Below are positions 40,429 through 48,804 of a DNA stretch of 64,000 nt, piece after piece. The stretch lies in assembly GCA_048939995.1 (NCBI GenBank), contig JBHLOY010000002.1, positions 369,402-433,401 on the forward strand, written 5' to 3'. Within the stretch, counting starts at the first letter, position 1; each line of letters starts with the position of its first letter. Under the pieces are notes generated by a model. That model did not search any database. It worked only from the letters and a program-made list of their open reading frames with translations, and had not been told where the DNA came from. The position numbers and the translations under genes were made by a program. This DNA comes from Promethearchaeota archaeon (GTDB lineage: Archaea > Asgardarchaeota > Lokiarchaeia > Sigyniarchaeales > SOKP01).

Positions 40429-42132
40429 ATGATATTTAATAAGAATTCCTTGAGAACTGTTATTATTTATGATTTTGTAATTATTTTAGCTGTTGTTGTC
40501 ATTATCCCAAATCTATTGAACTTTTTTGATCTAAATCTAAAAATTCAAGTACTATCTTACCTCGCCAACATTCTAATTTTATTAAATATTATCATAGTAG
40601 TTATAGATTTAATCTTCTTGATGTGGAAGAGAGAAAATTATTTGTATCTAACATCATTCAATATGACTCTATCAGTTTCAATTTTTTTGCTGTTAGAGTA
40701 CTGTTTTGTGAATGGTTATTACGATTTTTTTTATGTATGGAGTTATAGTGAATTGACTTTACCACTTGTTTATAAGATTGTTGCTATATGGGCAGGAGAG
40801 GCTGGTTCAATAATGACTTGGATGGTATTTAACTCAGTAATTATTTTTGCCTATAGAATTAAAAACCAAGATAAAGAGGATACAGTTTTTCTATTATCAT
40901 GTATAGTTTCCATGATAATTTCTATTTTGTTTTTAATAATTTTATTCTCACTTAACCCTTTTAAAGTAGAGCAGCCAGTTTTGTATCCCAATGGTTTTGG
41001 ACTCAGCCCTCAATTGATGTCCCCTTTTATGATTTGGCATCCTTTTTTTACATTTTTAGCATATGCCATCTTTCTAATTCCATTCACTATTAATATTATA
41101 AATCTTATAAAACCAAAATTGTCTTTAAGAAATCCTTATCAGCAAGCATTTTATAATTTTTCATTAAAATTTGGATGGTTAGTTATTACCCTAAGTATAG
41201 GTTTAGGAGCTTATTGGGCAAAAATTACTTCCGCTTGGGGCAGATATTGGGGCTGGGACCCAGTAGAGGTTGTATCTCTTATTCCCTGGTTTTTTTGTAC
41301 TGCTTTTTTTCATTCCAGTATATTTAAAGTGAAAAATCCTAGGATTATTAAAATAAATTCCATCTTAATCTTTTTTTCAATAATATTTGCCACCTTAATA
41401 ACTAGGGGAGGAGTATTGAGTTCGCTTCACGCATTTACAGGAGGAGGAGAATTGGTTATATGGGTTTTAATTATTGGTTTTATTTTATTAGCTTTTGCGA
41501 TATATGTAATTTACGAAATTTTAAATTACTTCTTGGAAGACTATCATAAAATTAAGAGCTTTTTTGATTATTTAAGCTATCTGATTTTATTTTGCTTATC
41601 TTTTGTTTGCATTTTTGGACTGATAATTCCTCCTCTAACTAATTTCATATCAAATTTTATCGCAATTGATTCAATAATCATTGGTCCAAACTTCTTTATG
41701 ATTAGCGCATTCATATTAGCTATAATATTGGCAATTTCGCTCATTTTTTGTTCCTTGTGGGATATCTATAACAAAAGGTGGATCATAATCACTTTATTCA
41801 TTGTATTTTTGATACAGTTGATTATTTCATTATTTTTATTTTTTCTATTTGATCTTTGGATAAATCCATTTATTGCCATCTTTTATTATGCTCTTTTTGC
41901 TTCAACCTTTCGATTAATAAAGAGAACGAATCTTCAAATGGGGTTCCAAAAGTTCTTTAGAACAAATTCAAAAACGATTATACATGGAGGAATATCACTT
42001 ATTTTGATAGGGACTTTAATTGATGCCAGTTACGAAGTAATTTTAGATATTTTTTACATTTCTGGATTTGGTTTTTTACTAATTGGGATAATACCCTCTA
42101 TTTTTATGGTTTTTTTTATTAAAGCACATTGA
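40429..42132 (+). CDS. ccmF: Cytochrome c-type biogenesis protein CcmF (haem lyase/haem-handling protein)
   Basis: W-rich motif WGRYWGWDPVEVVSLIPWF, flanking His residues (MIWHPF, AFFHSS) and RGGVLSSLHAF. Confidence 0.85.
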   Translation: MIFNKNSLRTVIIYDFVIILAVVVIIPNLLNFFDLNLKIQVLSYLANILILLNIIIVVIDLIFLMWKRENYLYLTSFNMTLSVSIFLLLEYCFVNGYYDFFYVWSYSELTLPLVYKIVAIWAGEAGSIMTWMVFNSVIIFAYRIKNQDKEDTVFLLSCIVSMIISILFLIILFSLNPFKVEQPVLYPNGFGLSPQLMSPFMIWHPFFTFLAYAIFLIPFTINIINLIKPKLSLRNPYQQAFYNFSLKFGWLVITLSIGLGAYWAKITSAWGRYWGWDPVEVVSLIPWFFCTAFFHSSIFKVKNPRIIKINSILIFFSIIFATLITRGGVLSSLHAFTGGGELVIWVLIIGFILLAFAIYVIYEILNYFLEDYHKIKSFFDYLSYLILFCLSFVCIFGLIIPPLTNFISNFIAIDSIIIGPNFFMISAFILAIILAISLIFCSLWDIYNKRWIIITLFIVFLIQLIISLFLFFLFDLWINPFIAIFYYALFASTFRLIKRTNLQMGFQKFFRTNSKTIIHGGISLILIGTLIDASYEVILDIFYISGFGFLLIGIIPSIFMVFFIKAH

Positions 42133-42207
42133 CTGAAAAAAACAGCTTAATTTCCGCCAGAATTTCTCAATATTTCGATTTTTAAATTAAACTTTTTTGG
42201 GGAAATT

Positions 42208-42248
42208 GTTTCAGCTTGAAACTAAAAGCAAATTGATTGTTTAAATTA
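42208..42248 (+). promoter_or_regulatory. Two-box motif (degenerate GTTTCAGCTT at 42208, GTTTAAATTA at 42239) upstream of 42372
   Basis: GAAATTGTTTcagcTTGAAACT matches AAAATTGTTTAAAATTGAAACT at 33274..33295. Box spacing is 31 bp. Confidence 0.4.
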
Positions 42249-42371
42249 CTCAGATTAGAAAAAAGTTAAAAATTGTTAAACTTATTATAAAATTAATTAT
42301 CAAACTTTGTTAAAATCTAATTTAAAGTTTAAAAATTAGACGTAATAATAACAACTTAAATGTGAATTTTA

Positions 42372-44768
42372 ATGAAAAACAAAAAACGCAAGCTATTATC
42401 CCTTATTATTGTTATCTGCTCTTTACTTCTATTTACTGGATTTACAATTGCTTATACAAGTTACTTTGATGATTTTAATGGAACATCTCACGGCACTTCT
42501 TGCCACTTTAGCTCTTCAACTCAAAGTAGTACGGGATATTTATCAATAGTATCAAGTTCAGGAAATACCGTAAATCCCGGTGAGAATTTTATACTATCTG
42601 TTCAAGTAAAAAGTTTCAGCGAAGCAGATGGAAAAGAACTTAAATTTGGTTTTCCTAGTGGCACTCCAGGCAGAGGAGATAATAAGCAATTTGGTTTTAA
42701 TACCACAATGGTCTCTGCAGATATAACTTCTGGAGATTCAGCGATATTTGATTTTCTAGTTAATGCACCTCTGACAGAGCAATCATATACTTTAACTGCT
42801 GATGCAATATACCGAAAGAGTGGTAGTGAGACTATATGGGCGTCTACTAATTATATAGTAACAGTCCAAACTTCCTCAGACATTTTACCCCCAGAGCTCA
42901 TCATTATCGATCCGAAAGATAATGAATACAAAAATGGCAATATATTGATTAATGCAAGTGTTATTGACAATGGAGGTTCAGGTCTTAATACAGTATGGGC
43001 AGAAATTACTAATAATAACTCTTTTAATCAAACTGTTTCAATGAATTTAAACACTGATCCATATTATAACGCTATTTGGGATTCAACTTCTGCGCTTGAT
43101 GGTCCTTATACTATAAATGTGAAAGCTAATGATGGAGCCTTTAATATTAATGATACAGAATCTGTAAATGTGATCATTGACAACACCGCGCCCTCAATTG
43201 TTTTAAATAGTGTGCTCCCAAATCCTTCAAATGGATTAACATCTATAAGAGCAATGAATTTTAGTTCAGATATCAATAATTATGGGATTAGGGCAACTAT
43301 AACAACTCCCACTGCTAACAAAATTTTCCTTGATCTAATATATCAAGGAGGAAATGAATGGAACAATACATTTACTATAACCCAAAATGGAATATATTCT
43401 GTTCAGATAAATGCAAGTGACTATTTAGGAAATATTAATATTTCATCCTCATTAAGCATTAATGGAGACATTTTAAATCCTTTTGTTGATATTACAAGTC
43501 CTGGAAATGATGGAGATACCATCGGGGGAGATACTATTATTATAAGCGGATGGGCATATGGTACAGGTACTAACATTGTAAGTTTATTTATAAACGATTC
43601 AAGATGGGGAATTACTCAGAATAAACCCCAGATTGACCCCAGCGGCACTTCTAGTGGACCATTCAGTTTTGAAAATAATAGTTATATATCTCCAGGATTT
43701 TATTGGGTTGAAGTTAACATTACAGACGCTGCTGGAAATATAAATATAAGTAAAAGATATTTCGAAGTCGTTTCGAACGATATTTTTCCACCTATCCTTG
43801 TTTTTAGCTTAATAAATCCAAATCCATCAAATGGTTTTACTAATATTACTGTTATATCAAATGAACCATTAATAGGAAATCCATTGTTAAGTATAACCAC
43901 TCCAAATAGTACTACTATTTATAGAACACTTTATCCTACGGGGGTTCCGAGAACATGGATAACCAATTATACAATTCATGAAACAGGAACTCACTTTATA
44001 CAAGTAAATGGAACAGATCTTCATTCAAATGTGGGTTTTAAAACGGATTCATTTTATGGAGATATTGATGCACCTTGGATTACCCTTGATAATGTTTATC
44101 CAAATCCATCCAATGGCTTAACGTTAATAACTGCTTTTAATGCAAGCTCGGATATTGATATAAATGGATTATGGGCCACAATAACAACACCTAGTAAATC
44201 AATTTCCATTCAACTTAATTATCAAGAGAACAGTAAGTGGAATGCAACCTTCATAGTAACTGAAGATGGAACTTATTCCATCCAAGTAAATGCGACTGAT
44301 TTTGCTGGAAACACAAACATTACAGACTTAATTTATATTACTGGTGATATTAGTACTCCAATTTTATCAATAATTTCACTTCCAATTGAGAGTGGGGTTA
44401 ATGCTCCAAACTTTTCTATCTCCATAACAGAGCCAAATTTAGATGGCATATGGTATTCACTATATAATGGCATTTACTGGTCTCAAAATATCACTATTAT
44501 TGGATTTAATGGGACTTTAGAGCAATCTTTATGGGATACCATGCCTACAGGGGATATCTTAATTAGGTTTTATGCAAATGATACGTTAGGACACATAGGA
44601 TATATAGATATTACTATTAGTAAAAATATACCCCAGACGAATATCAATCCTGGGGAAGGAACAGTATCAGGATTCGATTTAGGTATAATAATCGCAACGA
44701 CTTCAGCGATTCCACTTATATTTATAATTCTATGGCTAAAATCAAGGACAAAAAGATTTATTCGATAA
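42372..44768 (+). CDS. Large surface protein: signal peptide, H-x3-C-H motif domain, multiple Ig-like repeats, C-terminal TM anchor
   Basis: Starts AYTSYFDDFNGTSHGTSCH. The N-domain is homologous to 47724..48377 (RGDNxQFG, FDFL.NAP..Y.L). Three ~95-aa repeats contain PNPSNG(L/F)T. The anchor is SGFDLGIIIATTSAIPLIFIILWLKSRTKR. Confidence 0.8.
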   Translation: MKNKKRKLLSLIIVICSLLLFTGFTIAYTSYFDDFNGTSHGTSCHFSSSTQSSTGYLSIVSSSGNTVNPGENFILSVQVKSFSEADGKELKFGFPSGTPGRGDNKQFGFNTTMVSADITSGDSAIFDFLVNAPLTEQSYTLTADAIYRKSGSETIWASTNYIVTVQTSSDILPPELIIIDPKDNEYKNGNILINASVIDNGGSGLNTVWAEITNNNSFNQTVSMNLNTDPYYNAIWDSTSALDGPYTINVKANDGAFNINDTESVNVIIDNTAPSIVLNSVLPNPSNGLTSIRAMNFSSDINNYGIRATITTPTANKIFLDLIYQGGNEWNNTFTITQNGIYSVQINASDYLGNINISSSLSINGDILNPFVDITSPGNDGDTIGGDTIIISGWAYGTGTNIVSLFINDSRWGITQNKPQIDPSGTSSGPFSFENNSYISPGFYWVEVNITDAAGNINISKRYFEVVSNDIFPPILVFSLINPNPSNGFTNITVISNEPLIGNPLLSITTPNSTTIYRTLYPTGVPRTWITNYTIHETGTHFIQVNGTDLHSNVGFKTDSFYGDIDAPWITLDNVYPNPSNGLTLITAFNASSDIDINGLWATITTPSKSISIQLNYQENSKWNATFIVTEDGTYSIQVNATDFAGNTNITDLIYITGDISTPILSIISLPIESGVNAPNFSISITEPNLDGIWYSLYNGIYWSQNITIIGFNGTLEQSLWDTMPTGDILIRFYANDTLGHIGYIDITISKNIPQTNINPGEGTVSGFDLGIIIATTSAIPLIFIILWLKSRTKRFIR

Positions 44769-44785
44769 CCTTTTAAAAAGTAAAA

Positions 44786-44794
44786 TTTTTTTTT
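44786..44794 (+). terminator. T9 run downstream of 42372..44768
   Basis: Oligo-T tract 18 nt after the stop codon. Confidence 0.35.
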
Positions 44795-44857
44795 AATTTA
44801 TTAATTTAAGATAATTAAATTGCTTCATTTGAGACTATTAAATCTTAGAACTTTAAG

Positions 44858-45580
44858 TTGAAGAATTTGGCTATTAAAAATAAAGAAATCATCAATTGTA
44901 AAAATGTTTCAAAGCAATTTGGATATTTCTTTGCATTAAAAGATATTTCATTCAAAGTAATAGCAAATACTATCTTTGGGATTGCAGGAGCAAATGGAGC
45001 AGGTAAAACAACACTGATTAAGATTTTATCTGGATTAATGAATCCTTCTTCTGGAAAAGTATACATTCAAGGTAATAATTATACTGAAAATCCGTTTTTG
45101 ATTAAGGAAATGATAGGAATTAATACTGAGGAATCTTTTCTTTATGAGGAGTTGACTATTAATGAAAATCTAGAGTTTTATGATAATCTTCATTACAACT
45201 TCAATAAAAGTCAGATAAGAAATAAAGTAGAAAACTATGCAGAATTATTTGAAATTCACGATTGGTTAGATGAACCCATTCGGAATTTATCTCATGGAAT
45301 GAAACAAAAAGTTGAAATAATTAGAGTTTTAATGCATGAGCCTTCAATATTGTTCTTAGATGAACCCTTTTCAGGTTTAGACTTTAAAGCAACTAAATTA
45401 TTAATAAATTTACTTCAGAATTTAAAAAAAGGAAAAAATGTAACAATAATACTAACTACTCATAAAATTGATGTATTATCAAAAATCTATGATGATTTAA
45501 TCATTTTAAAAAAGGGAAAAATCAACAAATTCATTACAAAAGAAACTTATGAAGAATTTGAAATAGAATCATATTTTTGA
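44858..45580 (+). CDS. ccmA: ABC transporter ATPase, CcmA-like by context
   Basis: Walker A GANGAGKTT, signature LSHGMKQK and Walker B ILFLDEP. TTG start. It is immediately followed by a CcmB-like gene. Confidence 0.75.
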   Translation: MKNLAIKNKEIINCKNVSKQFGYFFALKDISFKVIANTIFGIAGANGAGKTTLIKILSGLMNPSSGKVYIQGNNYTENPFLIKEMIGINTEESFLYEELTINENLEFYDNLHYNFNKSQIRNKVENYAELFEIHDWLDEPIRNLSHGMKQKVEIIRVLMHEPSILFLDEPFSGLDFKATKLLINLLQNLKKGKNVTIILTTHKIDVLSKIYDDLIILKKGKINKFITKETYEEFEIESYF

Positions 45581-45589
45581 GCTAGCATA

Positions 45590-46306
45590 ATGGAGATAAA
45601 ATTTAAAGATAGAATTAAGTTATTCTTTTCTATATTAAGAAAAGATTTAAAATCTGAAATCCGTCAAATAAACGATATATTTTCAATATTTCTTTTTGAT
45701 GTTATATCTATTTTTATATTTTCATCAGTATATAGCTTCAGTACACAATATCAACAGATCCCGCTTGAAATATTTATAATTGAGGTCTGGTTAATAATTT
45801 TTTTTACTCTTATTTTTATAATGGCTAAATTATTCATTAAAGAAAAAGAATCTGGAACCTTAGGAGGATTAATTTCTTCGCCAATTTCAGCCAACACAAT
45901 AATATTTAGTAAGGTAATTTTTTGTTTTATTCTATTGAGCTTTATCGAAATCATTCTTTTTCTCTTTAGTTTCTTTATTTCTAATCCTTTAATACCCAAT
46001 TTACAATTTAATAATGTGATAAATTATATACTCTTAGGGATTATTTTACCAACATTAGATTTATCAATCTGTGGGACAATAGTATCAGCAATTTCTATGT
46101 ATGCTAAGAAAAAATCTTTTATTATACCACTTATCCTATTTCCGATAATATTGCCAATAACAATCCCAATAATATCGATTAATATTAAATTGTTAGAATT
46201 AGCTGCGTTTCTTGAATTAACTTATGAAATTTTATTTTTAGTTTCACATATTATTCTTATGACTTCAATATTAGCTTTAGTTTCTCAAAATCTTCTTTTT
46301 GATTGA
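45590..46306 (+). CDS. ccmB: Haem exporter membrane protein CcmB-like
   Basis: 6-TM protein with KEKESGTLGGLISSPIS, matching the CcmB E-x-x-GTLE-x-L-x-x-SP segment. Start is 10 nt after ccmA. Confidence 0.65.
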   Translation: MEIKFKDRIKLFFSILRKDLKSEIRQINDIFSIFLFDVISIFIFSSVYSFSTQYQQIPLEIFIIEVWLIIFFTLIFIMAKLFIKEKESGTLGGLISSPISANTIIFSKVIFCFILLSFIEIILFLFSFFISNPLIPNLQFNNVINYILLGIILPTLDLSICGTIVSAISMYAKKKSFIIPLILFPIILPITIPIISINIKLLELAAFLELTYEILFLVSHIILMTSILALVSQNLLFD

Positions 46307-46309
46307 AAA

Positions 46310-46648
46310 TTAGCTACACTGAATGAGAATTTGGCTTGCTTTTAAAATCAACGTAATGTTGAATTGACCTGCAACCACTATTTCAATTCCATTTTTTAGT
46401 TCGCTTGGTACAGTAATTTGAGAAACATCGATTAAAATTGTATCATCATTCTCTGTCAAATTAAAGTTGCCCCCTGAAAAGCCTTCTACAATCCCAATTA
46501 CTTGAATTTCAAGATTATCATATTCTGTAGGATTGGAAACAACCTGAGAAACCCTAAGATATGGTCGTATATTAATAACTACTAATATAATAATAAGAAC
46601 TAATGAAAAAATAATTGCTATTATTGCTATAATCTTCGCTTTTTTCAA
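46310..46648 (-). CDS. ccmE: CcmE-like haem chaperone, Cys variant with truncated C-terminus
   Basis: An N-terminal TM anchor plus an OB-fold-like pattern (YLRVSQVV, IQVIGIV, FNLTEND, IEIVVAGQF). The C-terminus ..LKASQILIQCS aligns with ..EVLAKHDExY. Confidence 0.65.
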   Translation of the reverse strand: MKKAKIIAIIAIIFSLVLIIILVVINIRPYLRVSQVVSNPTEYDNLEIQVIGIVEGFSGGNFNLTENDDTILIDVSQITVPSELKNGIEIVVAGQFNITLILKASQILIQCS

Positions 46649-46667
46649 TTTAATCTCTTGCTATTTG

Positions 46668-46805
46668 TTATTTTTCTAATTTATTAATTCTTTTTTTTAT
46701 TTTTCTTATACGTAATTTTGGATATAAGATTAAAATAACAATAATAGTCCAAAACAAGGCATAACTGATAGCCATTGTAATAGAATCTAAAACAACCTCG
46801 GACAT
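46668..46805 (-). CDS. CcmD-like small membrane protein (45 aa, absent from the ORF track)
   Basis: Own translation: MSEVVLDSITMAISYALFWTIIVILILYPKLRIRKIKKRINKLEK. It has one TM helix and a basic tail. The ATG lies 5 nt after the ccmC stop, and the ORF ends 19 nt before the ccmE start. Confidence 0.45.
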   Translation of the reverse strand: MSEVVLDSITMAISYALFWTIIVILILYPKLRIRKIKKRINKLEK

Positions 46806-46810
46806 TACTT

Positions 46811-47611
46811 TTAATCATCTCGTAACTTATTTTGAATAATTTCATTTAATTTTTGTTTATTTTTATCTAGTTCAACTAAATTTCTTACCACATAAACGAA
46901 AAAGAGAGTCATCGCTATCAAGTTAAGAAATAATATAAGAAGTTTCATAAAATCCCAATAAATATAACCTGATTCACTTGGATTTGGAGTTATTAATGGA
47001 TGTAAACTTGTAAAAATGATTGCAGAAAGATAACTTAAAGGCACTGTTGGAAAAAAAATAATTCCTAAAATTGAAGTTAATTTAGCTCTCCTTTCTCTAT
47101 CTTCAATCATAGTCCCAAAAATTAAATAAGATAAATATGAGAGAAACAAGACTAAAGTCATAGTTTGTCGCGGGTCACTCCACTGCCAATAAACATTATT
47201 ATAAAGTCCCGAAGTAGCATTATACCAGAGTGATCCTGTGATAAGTGTTACTGCACAAAAAAATACACCTACGACAATACTATTCTTTCCTATACTATTC
47301 CAGAATAGTTTTCTTTGTATGAGGTATAATATATGACAAATAAGACTTACTCCAAATGAAAAGTAGGAAAGCCAAGCTGATGAAACATGATAAAAAAAAA
47401 TCATATACACAATGCGGCTAAAATTTGTCAATAAAAAAATCAAAAATAAGTTAATGATGAGGAATGAAATTGAAATGATAAGTAAATAATCTTTTTTTAC
47501 CCAACTTCTGATGTCTTTCATCTTAATTCTCAAATAAATATAAAATTTTGTATTGAGTGAGTTATAATTAATATTATTGCTGTTAATACTTTCAATATTA
47601 AAAAAGATCAA
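46811..47611 (-). CDS. ccmC: Cytochrome c biogenesis haem-handling protein CcmC
   Basis: W-rich motif NVYWQWSDPRQT and conserved His residues (FFYHVSSAW, SLHPL). The true start is probably Met31 (ATG at 47521..47519). Confidence 0.8.
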   Translation of the reverse strand: MIFFNIESINSNNINYNSLNTKFYIYLRIKMKDIRSWVKKDYLLIISISFLIINLFLIFLLTNFSRIVYMIFFYHVSSAWLSYFSFGVSLICHILYLIQRKLFWNSIGKNSIVVGVFFCAVTLITGSLWYNATSGLYNNVYWQWSDPRQTMTLVLFLSYLSYLIFGTMIEDRERRAKLTSILGIIFFPTVPLSYLSAIIFTSLHPLITPNPSESGYIYWDFMKLLILFLNLIAMTLFFVYVVRNLVELDKNKQKLNEIIQNKLRDD

Positions 47612-47690
47612 AAAAGTCTTTTAATCCTTATAATTGGAAGTTATTTTAATTCATTTTTAAAATTTGTTCTTATGGAATAATGGTTATTTC

Positions 47691-47705
47691 AAAAAAAAAA
47701 AAAAA
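47691..47705 (-). terminator. T15 run (A15 on the + strand) immediately downstream of 47724..48377
   Basis: Uninterrupted 15-nt homopolymer between the stop of the HAGCH protein gene and ccmC. Confidence 0.45.
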
Positions 47706-47723
47706 TGATAGATTTAAATTGAA

Positions 47724-48377
47724 CTATTTAGAAGCTTTACGTTTCTTTCGATATACTAATACGACTATAAGTGAGGCAGTTGTAATGGCAAGTACTCCAA
47801 CCAAAGTATAAATTTCAAATCCAGGAATAGCTCCACCGCTAACAGTCAAAACTACATTGCCTGAAGCATAAATAATACTCAGAGCAGAGCCATCAGTGTG
47901 ATTTGCGGCAGTTAAAACGTCAACAACTAGGTTATAAGTACCATCTGTAGATGGAGCTAGTAAATCAAAAGAAACTGAAACATTAGCATCTCCATTAACA
48001 TCTAAAGTAATTCCTCCTAATCTTATTGGTTCACTTAATTTTTTGCCAAATTGAGCATTATCACCACGAGTAGAAGCGACTGCCACACTCACTTGACTAT
48101 CTCTATCTATAGTTAATGCTTCAGTAAAATTTGTAATTACTACATTTACAGTAAACTCTTGGCCTGCTGTTAGTGATGTACCCTGAATGGAGACAACGGT
48201 TACTGCAGCGCCAGCGCTTTCTGTAGTAGGACCATCCCCAACATGACATCCAGCATGTGAACCACCAAGAAAGCTTTCAATGGAAGATGGGTAGGCAACC
48301 GCACCACCAACTAAAACTAGAAGAAAAGCAAATACGGCAATAAGAGGGATTATTTTTCTTTTCATTTGATTAGCCAC
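47724..48377 (-). CDS. Surface-anchored H-x-x-C-H motif protein with PGF-CTERM-like anchor
   Basis: Signal peptide, then AYPSSIESFLGGSHAGCH, a ~150-aa beta-rich domain (RGDNAQFG, FDLLAPSTDGTYNL), and the C-terminus IPGFEIYTLVGVLAITTASLIVVLVYRKKRK. Confidence 0.75.
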   Translation of the reverse strand: MANQMKRKIIPLIAVFAFLLVLVGGAVAYPSSIESFLGGSHAGCHVGDGPTTESAGAAVTVVSIQGTSLTAGQEFTVNVVITNFTEALTIDRDSQVSVAVASTRGDNAQFGKKLSEPIRLGGITLDVNGDANVSVSFDLLAPSTDGTYNLVVDVLTAANHTDGSALSIIYASGNVVLTVSGGAIPGFEIYTLVGVLAITTASLIVVLVYRKKRKASK

Positions 48378-48494
48378 GTTTTTTTTTGTTTTTTGATATT
48401 TTTTTTAAGAAGCTAATACATTTTGCAATTTTTTTTAAGAGTATAGCTTAAATTTAAAACTAATTACTATATTTTAAGGTTTACTAAATCTGGA

Positions 48495-48530
48495 TAATTT
48501 AAACAATATTATGATTGATAGTTTAAATTT
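48495..48530. promoter_or_regulatory. Inverted pair of TTGTTTAAATT-type boxes in a divergent intergenic region
   Basis: taatttaaacaat (48495..48507) is the reverse complement of ATTGTTTAAATTA. A second box, gtttaaattt, lies at 48521..48530. Confidence 0.35.
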
Positions 48531-48540
48531 TCTCTAATAT

Positions 48541-48570
48541 CTTGGTTTAAGTTTAAAAATTAAACCAAGA
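48541..48570. promoter_or_regulatory. 10-bp perfect inverted repeat CTTGGTTTAA-N10-TTAAACCAAG
   Basis: Read directly from the sequence. The spacer itself is a GTTTAAAAAT box. Confidence 0.35.
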
Positions 48571-48804
48571 TTTTGAGTGATTCTAGACTTAATAGTCAAA
48601 AACTTCTATTTAAATATCTTTTTTATAATTTATTTAAAATTAAAAAGGAATTAAGCTTAAAGTCAATTTTTTAATCAAATTGATTACAATAACTAAATTA
48701 ATCAAATTTCTAATTTTGTATAAAAATTCAAATTTTTTATAATCGACAAATTTTAAAAAGTGGAAATAAAGAATATATTAAATATATTTTATTATTGAAG
48801 AATT

